64,000 nt of DNA from Albugo candida (GCA_040437565.1 JBDOQK010000061.1:1-64000), one strand, 5' to 3'; counted from the first letter of the stretch, positions 50,412 through 62,953 are shown. Numbers and translations: made by a program. The notes: a model not told the origin generated them from the letters alone.

Positions 50412-53398
50412 ACTGATAACATCCGAAAGGCTCGAGGAAACTGTAGATCTGCGAAAATCGTTTATACACGTTTACGAAGATGCCGTGATGTAGCCATACA
50501 TGTTCGAACCTGTTTTGTATCTATTGCGTCCGATCTCTCGCGAGATGATCAATGTTTCGCATGGGATGACTTTTGATTGTTTCGGGAGGTTCCCAGACAG
50601 CACGTGATATGCTTCGACCGCAAGCAGTACTAGTAGTGCATTGCTAGAGTCAATACAAGGCACTATTCGAATTGTGCTCCAACTTTTGCATGAATATCAA
50701 GCTACTTTTTTTGTATTCTTTTACGGATCAAATGATTGATGATCTTAGAGAAAACGATATCACGTACAAGTGTGCGACTCTAATCAGTTCCAACAGTTTC
50801 AAATCTTCGATTTACCTGATTTTGAATAACTTCCAGTTCGTGCTAGGAGAATAATGTCACCAAACCAACCTTCTTTAATTCGACAATGCAATTTTATATA
50901 AATCTGCTTTAGGATCGTATAAAGCATCTCATATTCTCGGATTAGCAAAAACTTTAGGATCACTTTCATTCAAATTTTGTGGTGGAATCTCATTGGATGT
51001 AGAAATGCAGAAGAGGCCCGAGTACATGAAGAAGATTGCTAAGTCCACCCCGCAGGTTACTATTCTTATCCCTAATGCGGTGTCCACTCCAAGTCTTCTT
51101 TCTCGCTCCAGCTCTTTGGCGCATTTTAAATATTATCACAGCCGAAACTTTGAAAATTGCTCTGTGCATTGACACTAGTAGTTGTGATGAGTGAATCTTT
51201 CATTCACTTTGACCTCTTTACTGTTGAAGAAGGGTGTGTTGTTGTCAAGTTACGCTATCGACGATGCATGTTGGTAACGGCATAGGATTACCGACGCACC
51301 GGCCGGGCGAATTCTGATGTGCGACTATACAATTAGTAATGCGCGGTATGGAAAACTGTCAAGGTATAGTCGAAGAAAGCAGTAGGCTTAGAGTGGCAAG
51401 AGAGTTTGCGAACTAAGGACCTAAATATATTTGCAGTATTCAATTTGTCACCTGCTGAGCTCTACGCATCTTTTAACAGGTTATGAGCTGACGTAGAGAC
51501 CCCTTCTCTCTTGAATGGTGCAAAAACTACAAGTATTACTTGTTTCGTAGACAACAGCTGCAGTAGCTGACAAGCCTAATAACGAGAGGAGCGCTCCATG
51601 AGTCGTAATCACACCAGAGTCATATTGAAGCAGTCGTAAATTGTATTCGTCACAATCATTAGACCGACATTGCATTGATGTTTTTCACGTGTACAGCATA
51701 TGTGCAACATGTGTGCGTAGCTTGCTCACTAGGTACAAGTGTACGTCTGCGAATGCTGCACATTTGCTCGTCAACTATTTACAGGACCTTACATCTTCCA
51801 TCTCGCGACTTTTTCCGAATGTTTCTGACTGAAATCATGCATACTCGTATCCGAAATGTATCATTCGTCGTTACGTACGAAAACAAATTGCGTTGACAGC
51901 CACAAGTTTTTGCTCAGTATGTGTCCGCGAAATTTCAAGGCCAATAGTTTGTTGTACGAAGATCTGACAATTAATCATATGTATAGTAGCGAAGGATGAC
52001 AAAAACATCTTCTGGACCAATATCAGTGCAAACATTTGAATTGCGCTTTTACCTGCAACTTGATATCTGATCGGATCTTCGGAATGATTGCGTACTTCGT
52101 TACATAATCGGAATGCAGCTCCGATTCAACATCGCTCTGAGTAGGTACGGACCCTGATAAAATCATGATGTAGAGTGCATGTATTATTGCAAAATAGTCC
52201 AGTCCGTGCTCATTTTTGCATCACCAAAATTCTGACTACACAAACAATAACTGATTTAGAGTCATACACTTTAGCGCATCTGTATTGCGATCTTGAGTCA
52301 ATTATTTACTCGTGTTGTAATGAGAGATTCCGGTCGTTCGTGAACTGATAACTACTTTAAATGATATTTACATAAGCGAAGGGTGCTCGTAGAGGCATTT
52401 TATCGCCAACGGGTCGATGATACAGCCGTTACTCGTGTGAAGCGTTTGGGCCTGTGCTTCACCTATCGCAGAGTCTTCTACTGGCGAATGTGCACACAAA
52501 TCACTGCTGTACATGACAATGTTCATATCGCCAAATAAATATATCCGCTGGAACGGGCTAAAGCAATTATCTATTCTCAATTTGTGATGCAGCGAGAAAT
52601 AGGAGATGCAAGTTTTATATGAAGCCCTTCTTAACGAAGTCATCGGATGATGATGCACCCATTGATTTCCGCTACCGCATCATTCATTTCATATCGTCAA
52701 GACTTTTCATCCTTTTTGTCAATGTGTCATCTTTGGCATCAGCTGCGTCCACTATGGTCTAGAAGACTTTCTAAGGGATGTTAGGGCGGGTTGACTTGCG
52801 TCAAACGCACACTATAAAATCAACAATGATAATCTGACCGAGATTATTTCTGCATCCAGATTTTCATGCCTCATAGTACCAGCATAGAGCGTGGATAACC
52901 AGAACAAAGCTCATCTTTTCAGAAAGTTTGCTAGTACTTGTAGATAACGAAGCTCTCGTGTGTATTGAAATACCAGCAAAGTATCTGCCATGTATCATCC
53001 TTCATATATATGCCTGAGGCTTTCCACGTTTCTACTTTTGGCGAAATGTTGCGATGTTGTTAGTCAGCTCGTTGATCACAAAATGCATGCATCAAACCTA
53101 AAGACGGCATGACGGAGTGAGGTTATAGATTACTATGCCAAACGCATCCAAATGACTTTGGAATCGAGCGCCATAGTATATATAGTGAGATTGCAAGCAG
53201 ATTTAGTATTTCTCAACATTTCTTACTGTCTGGCGAATGCCATATCGATGGGCCAGTACGAAGTGGAATTCTGGTGGTTGTGGGTAATCGCTTAGTTCAA
53301 GGAAAGACCACCTCTGTTGGACAGCTGATAAGAAGAGTTGGTCCTAAAGTACCATTTGCAGATTATATTGAAGAATTATAACACGGAAGAGCATATAA

Positions 53399-53980
53399 TT
53401 ATTCAAATCGACCGCGGTGGGACATATAATCTTGAAAAGCCATAGAGCTCAGCAGCAAACACAATAGAGCTCCTTGACCATAAACTCGAGCCTGCATGAC
53501 TTGCTGTGAAACTTTGATTGCTGTGTTTGATCGTTGTGTCAAGTATATTCCACCAACGATAGGAACGCCAAGGACAGTAATTGTTCTATATGGATAATCG
53601 TAAATGTAGTTAGCCAGCCGATGATGCGGTAACAAATGATGCCCCGATGCCAGTTTCTCGCGAACATAATCGGGATCCATCGCTGCTAGGTACCGCTCGG
53701 GATTACGAGCACCGGCAACAATTCTTTGTTCTAAAGTGACGGCGAATGGCCCTAAAAAGGATGATATGATTAAAGCAGTCTTCCCACTCACACTCAACCT
53801 GTTGCGAAAAGTTGGCCAGTACTTATTAGCTGCGAACACGGCCGCTCCAGACGCCAACGAGAAAGAAAGTCCCGTCTTCAGCGCTGTCTTGTAAGCGTGC
53901 GCCGATATGATATCTCTCACAGTGGCGTCCTTGGTTCCTGAACTAGCATAATGATCGATCTGTTCGGCCTCGGAATCCAT
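53399..53980 (-). CDS. HIG1-domain mitochondrial membrane protein (Rcf2-like layout)
   Basis: N-terminal TM pair (FRNRLSVSGKTALI) and C-terminal SQQVMQARVYGQG HIG1 motif. Confidence 0.85.
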   Translation of the reverse strand: MDSEAEQIDHYASSGTKDATVRDIISAHAYKTALKTGLSFSLASGAAVFAANKYWPTFRNRLSVSGKTALIISSFLGPFAVTLEQRIVAGARNPERYLAAMDPDYVREKLASGHHLLPHHRLANYIYDYPYRTITVLGVPIVGGIYLTQRSNTAIKVSQQVMQARVYGQGALLCLLLSSMAFQDYMSHRGRFE

Positions 53981-54157
53981 CGGATTAAGAATTTGGATTT
54001 CTTCAGCAATTACAAGTTCGTTTACTACGTTCGTGTNNNNNNNNNNNNNNNNNNNNNNNNNNNNNNNNNNNNNNNNNNNNNNNNNNNNNNNNNNNNNNNN
54101 NNNNNNNNNNNNNNNNNNNNNNNNNNNNNNNNNNNNTTTACTAAGTTCGTATCAGGA

Positions 54158-55894
54158 TTAGGAATTTGACACAATTTCTTCATGCGCGGAAAATTGATCA
54201 CAGAGCGCTTGTAAATGGCTTTTGAGGCCATCTTGTGACTGGACGTTTTCCTGGTTCTCATCTGATTGCATCAAACCAAGTTGTTCATGAAGAATCATGT
54301 TCAAGGACTCAAATTCTAGCTGGCGTTCATGGAATTTGATTACTGTGTAGCCGTTCATTTTTGCTGAAAATACACAACAATGAGCCAACACGAAAGCAAG
54401 GCGCTGCAAGGTGAATAGGCCAGCGTCTAATCGACGTAGTAGCTGTTCCTCTTCATGATTGTTTTCTGTTTCTGCATCCTGTAGGTCGGTTTCTGTCTCC
54501 CCTTCTTCTTGCACGCGTTTGTAATACCTTGCAAACAAGTCGATCAAGCGATCCAATTTTTCATACTCTTTTTCCATCAGTTTTGAATGAAATCGAGCAA
54601 AACCATCCGCTCGTGCTTTTTCCGAAAGATACACACACATCGATGTTATGATGTTGATAGTGTACTCTTCTTGCTTCTCTTGAACCCTCTCCAATGTTCC
54701 CTTACTTACGTGACGCGATCTGTATCGACCTGTTTTGCCCATGAGAATTGAAAAAATATGTCTCAGACCGCCGATCTCTACCAAATGCTCGCAATTCCGA
54801 GGGCTTTCCATAAGTGAATGATCCAGCAGGCGAAGGGCTCCGGCATACATGAATGATGTTCGATCTTTGAGAAGCCGTAACAGAAGCTCAAGTCCTTCCA
54901 AATGACGAAATCGATTCTTTGCCTCTTGTGCCAGCAAAAGAGTGCAAAGAGCATTAAATATGTTCTCAAGAAATTCTTCTTCGTCTTCAGAGGAGGGATT
55001 CCGTTTGCGGTATAAAGCAATAATACGGAGTAATTTATCAAACCGGTCAGTTGTTTTCTTCTTAATCCCATCATCCATAAACGCTTCTTGAACGGGATTT
55101 GCTAATTGAAGCATTATTGACAGTACTTCGCTCGCGTACAGCTTATTCTGGGGGAATGCGACTGCACCTTCCCCACTCTTACGCTCCAACGCAATACTTT
55201 CTTTTTCGGCAATCAATCGGACAAGATGAGACAGAAATGTATTCTCACTGCAGATACTCACACATGAGTCAGGAACTAATTCAGCCATATTCTCAAAAAT
55301 CTGTAGAATATGGTAGATAACTTTTTGAGTCTCGTGTTCCTTGTCTTCTTGATCATCCTGTTCCATGTTTTCCTCATTGTTTATTTCAGCCACATCGACT
55401 TTTTTAAATCTCTCAAGAATCTGGACAAGGGACGTCAATACATTCTCCTCTACGAAAGCTTTTGCAATTGCAGCAATTGCCTCCAAATCGTCATCTTCCA
55501 TTTCTCCTAGGTCTTCAATGTCAGTCCAATCAGCGATGATGGCGATCACATCGTAATGGATGTCAATGTTTTCGTGTTGCAATAGACTTAGAAGTAGCGG
55601 TACAAAGTCGTCTTTGATCTCCAAACAGTGAGCAAATAAATTCGGAAAAGCAGCCACCCCTTTCCATTTGATTAATTCCTGATGCAATGCGACTTCCGAG
55701 TCCATAAATTTTGATGGCGTTTGAGCGTACTTGGTTCGTTCTATCGCATTTTTTTCAATCGTCTTTCGTAGTAATGAGAAGAGAGAATGAATCGATTTAG
55801 CGGTCATTGTGTCATCAATATATGTAGCATTTTCGACGCTAGAAACGAGCGAGTCAAAGCTTTGATCGGCCTTGAACCGCTTTGAGGCTTTCAT
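54158..55894 (-). CDS. CTNNBL1: Beta-catenin-like protein 1 (Prp19/CDC5L complex)
   Basis: [68 protein letters not shown]. Confidence 0.95.
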   Translation of the reverse strand: MKASKRFKADQSFDSLVSSVENATYIDDTMTAKSIHSLFSLLRKTIEKNAIERTKYAQTPSKFMDSEVALHQELIKWKGVAAFPNLFAHCLEIKDDFVPLLLSLLQHENIDIHYDVIAIIADWTDIEDLGEMEDDDLEAIAAIAKAFVEENVLTSLVQILERFKKVDVAEINNEENMEQDDQEDKEHETQKVIYHILQIFENMAELVPDSCVSICSENTFLSHLVRLIAEKESIALERKSGEGAVAFPQNKLYASEVLSIMLQLANPVQEAFMDDGIKKKTTDRFDKLLRIIALYRKRNPSSEDEEEFLENIFNALCTLLLAQEAKNRFRHLEGLELLLRLLKDRTSFMYAGALRLLDHSLMESPRNCEHLVEIGGLRHIFSILMGKTGRYRSRHVSKGTLERVQEKQEEYTINIITSMCVYLSEKARADGFARFHSKLMEKEYEKLDRLIDLFARYYKRVQEEGETETDLQDAETENNHEEEQLLRRLDAGLFTLQRLAFVLAHCCVFSAKMNGYTVIKFHERQLEFESLNMILHEQLGLMQSDENQENVQSQDGLKSHLQALCDQFSAHEEIVSNS

Positions 55895-55930
55895 TACTTT
55901 GTTGTTTTAACTGCGATTGACTGGACGAAA

Positions 55931-57067
55931 ATGGAGAGCTCGACAGCAGCTTCGATTCCAGTAACCATCCTTTCAGGCTTCTTGGGATCTGGAAAAACAA
56001 CACTTCTCAATTATATATTAACTGCTTCACATGGAAAGCGAATTGCGGTGATAGAAAACGAGTTTGGAGAGGAGATTGGCATTGAAAGTCTGGTGGCTAA
56101 AGATGGACTTGATGGTCAGTACTTGCCTGAATTTTTCGAGCTTGGAAACGGATGTATATGCTGCTCGGTTCGTGATGATCTTGTGAACACGCTCGAACGG
56201 TTGCTGGAAACGAAAAGTGGAAAGTTCGATTACATTATTGTGGAGACGACAGGAATGGCAAATCCCGGCAAAGTTGCGTCGGTCTTTTGGGTGGATGATG
56301 AGCTAGAAGGAAGAATGTATCTAGATGGAATCATCACTATCGTTGATGCTCACAACATTGGTAAGAATTTGGAAAGAGATTCCACTAGAAATGAAGCTGC
56401 ATCGCAGTTGGCGTATGCTGATCGGATACTTCTGAACAAGGAAGATCTTCTTGAAGGTGATAATGCTTCTAAAGACAATATTGAGTCTCTGATCCAGAGC
56501 ATCAACGGATTAGCGCCATTCACATGGACGAAAAAAGGAATCGTGGACTTGAGTTATATCCTTGAAATTCAAGCATTCTCAATGGATCGCGCTAATCAAG
56601 TAGAACTCATGTTGGAAGACGATTTAAACTGTTCGAAGAAAGGCACAAAAGATGACATGGAGTCTGCGATCAACTCAGATATTCACGCTAATTGCGACCA
56701 TATAACGAATTCAGAAAAGGATAAAGTAAGGGGTCAAATTCATTCTGGAAAAGTACGCACAATCTGTGTAACAATTCCCCAAAAAGTTTTTTCAATACAA
56801 AAGTTGGAGCGCTGGCTTGGTGAGTTGTTATGGGCCGATCAGAAAGAAGGATTATGCGATGCAAACTTTGAAATATTTCGAATTAAGGGCGTTGTGGCAA
56901 TTGAGAAGAGTCCGTACAAATACATTCTTCAAGGTGTACATGATTTATTTGAAATAACATCGTCAAAGGAAGTGTGGAGCGATCGCATTTCTCGGATCGT
57001 TTTTATCGGAACGGGCTTACAGAAAACAGATATTGAGTTGAGCTTGATACAGAGCTGTCTCGCTTGA
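55931..57067 (+). CDS. ZNG1: CobW/COG0523 G3E GTPase zinc metallochaperone (ZNG1/CBWD-like)
   Basis: [33 protein letters not shown] and CobW_C motifs (FRIKG, QGVH, RIVFIG). Confidence 0.95.
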   Translation: MESSTAASIPVTILSGFLGSGKTTLLNYILTASHGKRIAVIENEFGEEIGIESLVAKDGLDGQYLPEFFELGNGCICCSVRDDLVNTLERLLETKSGKFDYIIVETTGMANPGKVASVFWVDDELEGRMYLDGIITIVDAHNIGKNLERDSTRNEAASQLAYADRILLNKEDLLEGDNASKDNIESLIQSINGLAPFTWTKKGIVDLSYILEIQAFSMDRANQVELMLEDDLNCSKKGTKDDMESAINSDIHANCDHITNSEKDKVRGQIHSGKVRTICVTIPQKVFSIQKLERWLGELLWADQKEGLCDANFEIFRIKGVVAIEKSPYKYILQGVHDLFEITSSKEVWSDRISRIVFIGTGLQKTDIELSLIQSCLA

Positions 57068-57275
57068 TCCTTGTCTAATCGCCTCTGATCGGAATAATAA
57101 TACCGCCAATAGAAAATCGCCGGCAAGTCATAGTCTGTGTGTACCAATGCACAAAACCCACAAAAGTTGTCAGCATTCGCTTTCTAACGTAAAAAAGAAT
57201 TTTGTCTCTTGCGTCCATTCCGCATATCGCAATTTAGCAACATGCATTAGCGTACCTATGTTAAGTTCGCACAAT

Positions 57276-57601
57276 ATGGTCGACGGATACAGCTACAGCG
57301 CAACTTTGAAAATATGGCTTACCAATGCAATTTACACCGGCGTCACATTGATCACAGGATTCTTAACATTGTTATTTGTTTACCAAGATAAACTCCTTTA
57401 CTTTCCTTCTATTCCTGGCGCTCCAAAGCTGACAAAAGACAATCCATCCGGTCCGATAATGCTTTCATTGACGACGCTGTTTTTCATAAAAGTATGTGTA
57501 GGATATCGTCATCCACGAGAGTATGATATCGAACACGAAGACGTTATGATCCCCACTGAGGATGGTATTCGAATCCATGTGTGGTTACTAAAGCAATCCA
57601 A
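57276..57601 (+). CDS. ABHD13: ABHD13-like alpha/beta hydrolase, 5' part (rest in gap)
   Basis: TM then YQDKLLYFP...DNP.G|YRHP.EY...EDVMIPTEDGIRIHVW; intron ~57452-57501. Confidence 0.8.
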
Positions 57602-57701
57602 NNNNNNNNNNNNNNNNNNNNNNNNNNNNNNNNNNNNNNNNNNNNNNNNNNNNNNNNNNNNNNNNNNNNNNNNNNNNNNNNNNNNNNNNNNNNNNNNNNN
57701 N

Positions 57702-58723
57702 CCCTGCAACATTTAATAATCCACCATTCAGCTTCGCGCCTCGTTTCGGGCATTCGATCATCTGGATGAACTCACCTCCGCAACGTCAATCACGTTTAAT
57801 CCCACGGCAGACAAAATATATGCTGGTTTCGAGCGTATGATCCGCGTGTTCGATCTGTCCCGTCCAAGCCGCGATTTCGAGTCTCGGCCGCTTGCAAAGA
57901 CGAAGAAAGCCAAGCAAGGACAGCGTGGTCTGATCAGCTCTATTCACTTCAATCCAGATCACTCCAAGTACGTGTATCCTCCCATCCGTGAACCCAGAAA
58001 TTTTCGAACGTGCAGCTATCCAGAATGTACGCAGCAGGATCGTTTCATGGCACAACAGGATTGTATGCCGAAGACTCGGGCGAAGAATTGATGACACTTT
58101 GCGTGCGTAAGCTTCCAGACGCCCAAACGTATTTCTGACGAGAAGCTCTTCACAGACTCACGAAGGAAGAGGGATCACGCAAGTACGTTTCTCGTACGAT
58201 GGGAATCTCTTGTTCACAGCTGCACGTCGTGATGGTCGAATCCATTGTTGGGATATTCGACAAACAAATGACATTCTGACTACTTTTCATCGCAAAGCAG
58301 ATACGAATCAGGTAGACCCGCCAATTTGAAATATGAATGGAGAAATGAATCGAGAATTTGTAGCGTATTGCTTTTGATCTTCATTGTGGAGGCCGGTACC
58401 TCATCTCCGGCAGTCAAGATGGCAGGGCTCTGTTGTTTGACATTCAAAAAGGAGTCCAAGTGAGTGAAAAGATGCGGCTATCTGGTAAGAGATTTGTGAG
58501 ATAGTATTGAATTCGATGGTTAGACACGTCGATAGATGCGATCAATGGAGTCTCATTCTTTCAGGATAACTGTCCACTTCGAATTGCTCTGTGTTCCGGG
58601 CAAAGACACTACACGGTAGCACCAGATATGGAGGAGGAAGAACCGATGGAAAACGATCATCAATCGACCCCTCAAAATGTTGTTCAGGTATACAAATACG
58701 AATTAAAACTCAGCACTCTATAA
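57702..58723 (+). CDS. WRAP53: Telomerase Cajal body protein 1 (WD40), 3' part, multi-exon
   Basis: AFDHLDELTSATSITFNP...IYAGFERMIRVFDLSRPSRD, GQRGLISSIHF, YAAGSF, GITQVRFS.DG..LFTAARRD..IHCWDIR, TNQ|RIAFDL, CSGQRHY; stop at 58721-58723. Confidence 0.88.
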
Positions 58724-58758
58724 TATTTCCAAAAAAAACGACTGCGGGGAAATGTTTT

Positions 58759-59571
58759 CTAACGGATACGATTGACTCCACCGAACGCAGCCCGACGCCT
58801 GCGCTCTCGTTCGTTGTAAGCTTCTTGCTCATTTTCTTCCACTCTCTCTCCACCATCTATACCAGCCTGTCCCCGTTTCACACATTTTACTTTGGCATCA
58901 GGCTCATATCTTCCTCTCCAGCCCGTTGCGCTCGATTGTGCTTCCAATTGCTCGAGTGTCAATCCGTGTATTGGATCGTTCTGAAGCTCTTCTTCCTTCT
59001 TCTTTTGTTCCAATCGCTTTCTCCTTACCTGTTCAAACCATTCAATTCGTCTTGCTTCGATTTTCTTCATTTCTTTACGTTGTTTTTTTGCTTTTTTTGC
59101 CTTCTTTTTCCTCTCTTTTTTCTCTTTTCGTGTTTCTTTCGGAGCATCAAACACATTTTGACCTCGATTTATATCGAACTCATTCGCCAATTCTATTCCC
59201 TCATACGCATGTCCAGGCAATCCTCGCATTTTTCCTTCAACTTGTGCTTGCTCCAGTAAGTCTTCCTTCATCTGTGACTCTTTTGGCAGGCGATATTTCA
59301 GCACATGGTCAACGCGTAATAACCGATCCAAAAGCCGATATCCATTCAGATTGTCCACAGCCAAAACGGTACTTTTCTGATTTTCGTATTTCAGAAATGC
59401 AAATCCTTTGCTTTTGCCTGTTTTCGGGTCGCGAATGAGACTTATATCTTCAATTTCGCCAAATTGACTCATTACACAAATCACATCGCCTTCTGTGAGC
59501 TCGAAAGATAGTCCTCCGATGTACACCCACGCGCTGTCTTTATATTTCTGATGCCAGGAGCCTTCATAAGG
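58759..59571 (-). CDS. RBMX2: RBMX2/Snu17 RES-complex RRM protein, 5'-partial
   Basis: SWHQKYKDSAWVYIGGLSFELTEGDVICVMSQFGE...KSKGFAFLKYENQKSTVLAVDNLNG...RVDHV and a Lys-rich tail. Confidence 0.95.
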   Translation of the reverse strand, partial: PYEGSWHQKYKDSAWVYIGGLSFELTEGDVICVMSQFGEIEDISLIRDPKTGKSKGFAFLKYENQKSTVLAVDNLNGYRLLDRLLRVDHVLKYRLPKESQMKEDLLEQAQVEGKMRGLPGHAYEGIELANEFDINRGQNVFDAPKETRKEKKERKKKAKKAKKQRKEMKKIEARRIEWFEQVRRKRLEQKKKEEELQNDPIHGLTLEQLEAQSSATGWRGRYEPDAKVKCVKRGQAGIDGGERVEENEQEAYNERERRRRAAFGGVNRIR

Positions 59572-59671
59572 NNNNNNNNNNNNNNNNNNNNNNNNNNNNN
59601 NNNNNNNNNNNNNNNNNNNNNNNNNNNNNNNNNNNNNNNNNNNNNNNNNNNNNNNNNNNNNNNNNNNNNNN

Positions 59672-60822
59672 GGTGGAGTTGTGGTTGGTGGTGGATTACC
59701 CGGCGACTCGACTTCCATTTGCTGTTCGAGTGAGGTATTTTGTCCAGTATTTGCTTTTATTACAGGCGTTTCTGTTAATGGGAGTTGATCGTTTTCCGGA
59801 ATTGGAGCTGGTTCTACTGAAGTATCTTGAGATAGAATGGCAGGGACACCAGCAAAAGAAGCTTCAGGGTTGACCAGAGGTAAAGTAGGAGGTGCAGGAA
59901 CATCTGGATATGGAGTCGGAGGTACAGGACCACTCGTAGGCGGATGTACAGGACCACCTGTAGTAGGAGATACAGGACCACCTGTAGTAGGAGGTACAGG
60001 ACCACCTGTAGTAGGAGATACAGGACCACCTGTAGTAGGAGGTACAGGACCACCTGTAGTAGGAGGCACAGGGCTAACCGGAGCTGGAACTGGAGGAAGG
60101 GCTCGGTTTTGAGGATCTGATGGTGGCGGTGGAATGTTTGATGGTGGAGGTGTTTCTGGTGGTGGAATTGAAGTAAGAATTGATGGTGGCGGATGCGCGG
60201 AATCGGGGATACACTGCATCCAGACTATTTTCCCTTTTCCTCCATTTTGGCATCCTTGGCAATTCTCTTTGCAGTTTTCTGCATCATCTGCATGGTTTCT
60301 ATTGCAGATAGTAGAACAGTCCGTCTTGGGAACATCTGCTTTCGCTTCGCAGCTTGCCTGGACAGAACAAGATTTTGCTGCTTCCACAAGCTGACGGCTT
60401 GATGCACAGCCAATTTCTTTTGGTTCGAGTATATCGATNNNNNNNNNNNNNNNNNNNNNNNNNNNNNNNNNNNNNNNNNNNNNNNNNNNNNNNNNNNNNN
60501 NNNNNNNNNNNNNNNNNNNNNNNNNNNNNNNNNNNNNNGGTTTGGCTTCTAGCACGCATTTGGTGGCAATTTCGAAATAAGCGTCTCGAATTCTTTGGTA
60601 ATTCGGGATGTTTCGGAGTGCAAGTATACCGTCTCGCTCAAGCGCCAACAACATATTTTGAGGTGTTTCATCGTCCATCAAATGGCCGTAATCGTATGAT
60701 GGAACCTGAATGAAGGGAAGTGATCGTATCAGCTCATGATCTGTGCGAGGAACACCCATGCTCGAGTGGACCACATTGATCACCACCGATGTTGAGATGA
60801 GAATTTGGTGAAGGGATCGCAT
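59672..60822 (-). CDS. Secreted protein: signal peptide, globular N-domain, 8-Cys module and Pro/Thr mucin-like stalk (internal gap, 3'-partial)
   Basis: Hydrophobic leader; both sides of the 60439-60538 gap are colinear in the ungapped pseudogene at 29455-30838. Confidence 0.8.
59925..60070 (-). repeat. Coding 24-bp tandem repeat, about 6 x (TTGGPV[P/S]P)
   Basis: GGACCACCTGTAGTAGGAG(A/G)TACA units on the + strand. Confidence 0.95.
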
Positions 60823-61756
60823 TGTCCAAAGGTATTTTTACAGCCGATGTGTTTTTTGAGTCGGAAGGAAATTCTAAAGTGTCTTATCTCTCAAGTGGAA
60901 GAAATGTCACTAATGCATGCCACGTCAACAATAATCATCGTTCTTACGTCTTGCGATTACTGCAGTTGAAAAGTTTGTATGTGTAAAAACTGGTGTAAGA
61001 CCGACTGGTACCCGTTCAACACGTTTGTGAGAGGAAAGGCTTCCGAGTGACAAAATGAATGGTTGATACTACTCATTAAAGGAAATTGGAAACGATTTAT
61101 TTGTTTATCAGTACCGTGATGTAAAAAGCATTGCCCATAGAAGTCGCCTTCCCACCACTGGCTGCGATGTAGTGCGACTTTCCATCGATACTGTAAACGA
61201 TCTTGCGAAAGGAATGTCAGATCTCCGCATGGTGTTACTATTCTTATTTTCTGATGTTCATATGCCAAGCGACTGCTAATTTTGCCAAAGGAGTGGCGAT
61301 GGACATTATATTATGTCCGGCTTCTTTCTCCTCCATATTTTAATATATCAATCGATTGATGGTTATCAAGAATTCTCGTGGTGTAACATTACTAATCTGA
61401 GAAACGTCTTCCACTAAGGCTGTGCGGGCAAAAGTCCACTGATATTGCATGTGGCTCTTTCTGATCGCATGATAAAATCGTAGGAACCGATTTTTAAGAC
61501 TGGCGTTTCTGAATTGAAAACAGGGGAAATAATGTGCTTACTCCTACCTGTGATGTTTTCGAGTAAGCGTACCCGAATACATTCCCTTATATGCGGTGTC
61601 CATGCAGCTCTTTCTATATATATCAAATCTTGCCATGTTTTATGTTGACTTTTTACACACTAAAGTATGAGTGATGCTTCTATGAACACAATCAATAATC
61701 GCATTACAGTCTCAGCCGATAAAATTCGATTTTGTACAGACGCTCCTTCCTAAAAT

Positions 61757-62953
61757 ATGACAAAAGAAGTCCTCTGTCGATACTTTTTTCAGCAAACATT
61801 GGTAGAGGATAAATCCGACTCATGGAAACATAACTGCTCCTCTTTTCTTGTTTCCTCAGACCCAACATTGATGGAACTTCGGCAGAAATTCCCATTTGTG
61901 GGCGAGTATCATTTCCGCCTTCAGAGCACTATTTCCGGCTCAGAAGTCGCATACATTTGGCTTGATCTGATCGATCCTGCGCAGAAAATACGATCATTTA
62001 CGTCATCTGATACGATATACATCAAAGTGTTACAAATTGCAGCCGTGAGCGATCCCGCGCATGACTCTGATTACTTGACCAAAAGCTTTCTTGAAAGCCA
62101 GGAACTACACAATTTCTTTTTATCGCGCCCGACAAATTGCTCACAGGTTCCGAATGACGTGAGAAACAGTCACATTGATCACACATTTCCGGCAAAAGCG
62201 GTGTTTGATGGGGTTAAGAATTTTACAAACAAAGTAATGCAATCGTCAGTGACGCAAACACTACAAAAACAGTCGCAGAAAGTATGGGGAAAAGTTGTAT
62301 CGTCGAATTTCACAGTGCACAATGTGTCGGCGCGGCCTGCAGCTGCGGCTTTGACTCAGCTCGTAGATCTATCAATTGCAGCATCAACAAGCACTCACCC
62401 GAACAACATGGAGCACGTACGTTATCTAGAGCGATTATGGATTGCAGGCTCCGATCAACAACCCTTTCAACTGCGTGGTCCATCTTGGAGTAGACTTGGT
62501 TTCCAGACGGATGACCCATTTTGTGAAGCAAAATTCTTATTGCAGCTGCAATGTATGGTATACTTTCTTGAAGTTCATCACTCAAGCGCACTCAGCATCA
62601 TCAATGAGCAAAGTGCGCGCTACAAAAATGATCTTCCTTCGTATAGTTTGGCTTTCTTGGCCTTGAGGATTGCACAGCTCCTCTGTGACATACTGATGCT
62701 ACAAGACCAAGAGTTTGTGACTGCTGAACGACCTTATTGGTGCTTGTTTGAAGACAAAGTGGCTTTCTTTGAGCTTGCCAGTATAATGTTTCTTGCATTT
62801 GACCAATCATGGAGATCACAAGCGCATGAGTGTCCAGAAATAGGCGCCCATTTGGATGGTACGGCGAATTGCGCTTTAGAATTACTTCGACGTGGTCCTA
62901 AATCAGTTGCATCGCTTGTCGACATTGCCCATACTTTACAAATCTTGCAGTGA
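61757..62953 (+). CDS. ELMO/CED-12 domain protein with N-terminal DIX-like (ubiquitin-fold) domain
   Basis: ELMO: HVRYLERLW, WSRLGFQTDDP, YSLAFLALRIAQLL, FLAFDQSW. N-terminus: TLMELRQKFPFVGEYHFRL...YIWLDL.D...IYIKVLQI. Confidence 0.85.
   Translation: MTKEVLCRYFFQQTLVEDKSDSWKHNCSSFLVSSDPTLMELRQKFPFVGEYHFRLQSTISGSEVAYIWLDLIDPAQKIRSFTSSDTIYIKVLQIAAVSDPAHDSDYLTKSFLESQELHNFFLSRPTNCSQVPNDVRNSHIDHTFPAKAVFDGVKNFTNKVMQSSVTQTLQKQSQKVWGKVVSSNFTVHNVSARPAAAALTQLVDLSIAASTSTHPNNMEHVRYLERLWIAGSDQQPFQLRGPSWSRLGFQTDDPFCEAKFLLQLQCMVYFLEVHHSSALSIINEQSARYKNDLPSYSLAFLALRIAQLLCDILMLQDQEFVTAERPYWCLFEDKVAFFELASIMFLAFDQSWRSQAHECPEIGAHLDGTANCALELLRRGPKSVASLVDIAHTLQILQ

Noticed and set aside
10116-53980. Mitochondrial theme (NDUFA4, LCLAT-like, HIG1/Rcf2-like) as a functional cluster
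   Set aside because: The genes are 10-30 kb apart among unrelated genes; coincidence is sufficient.
57147-58723. ABHD13-WRAP53 fusion
   Set aside because: The halves are separated by a gap that must hide most of ABHD13 and the start of WRAP53.
58591-59438. Long Phe/Leu-rich plus-strand ORFs
   Set aside because: Antisense shadows of the Lys/Glu-rich RBMX2 coding sequence.
58759-60822. 687-aa ORF apparently fusing a secreted mucin-like protein to an RBMX2 RRM
   Set aside because: Read-through across an N gap. RBMX2 lacks only its short N-terminus, and the pseudogene paralog of the secreted gene has no RRM.
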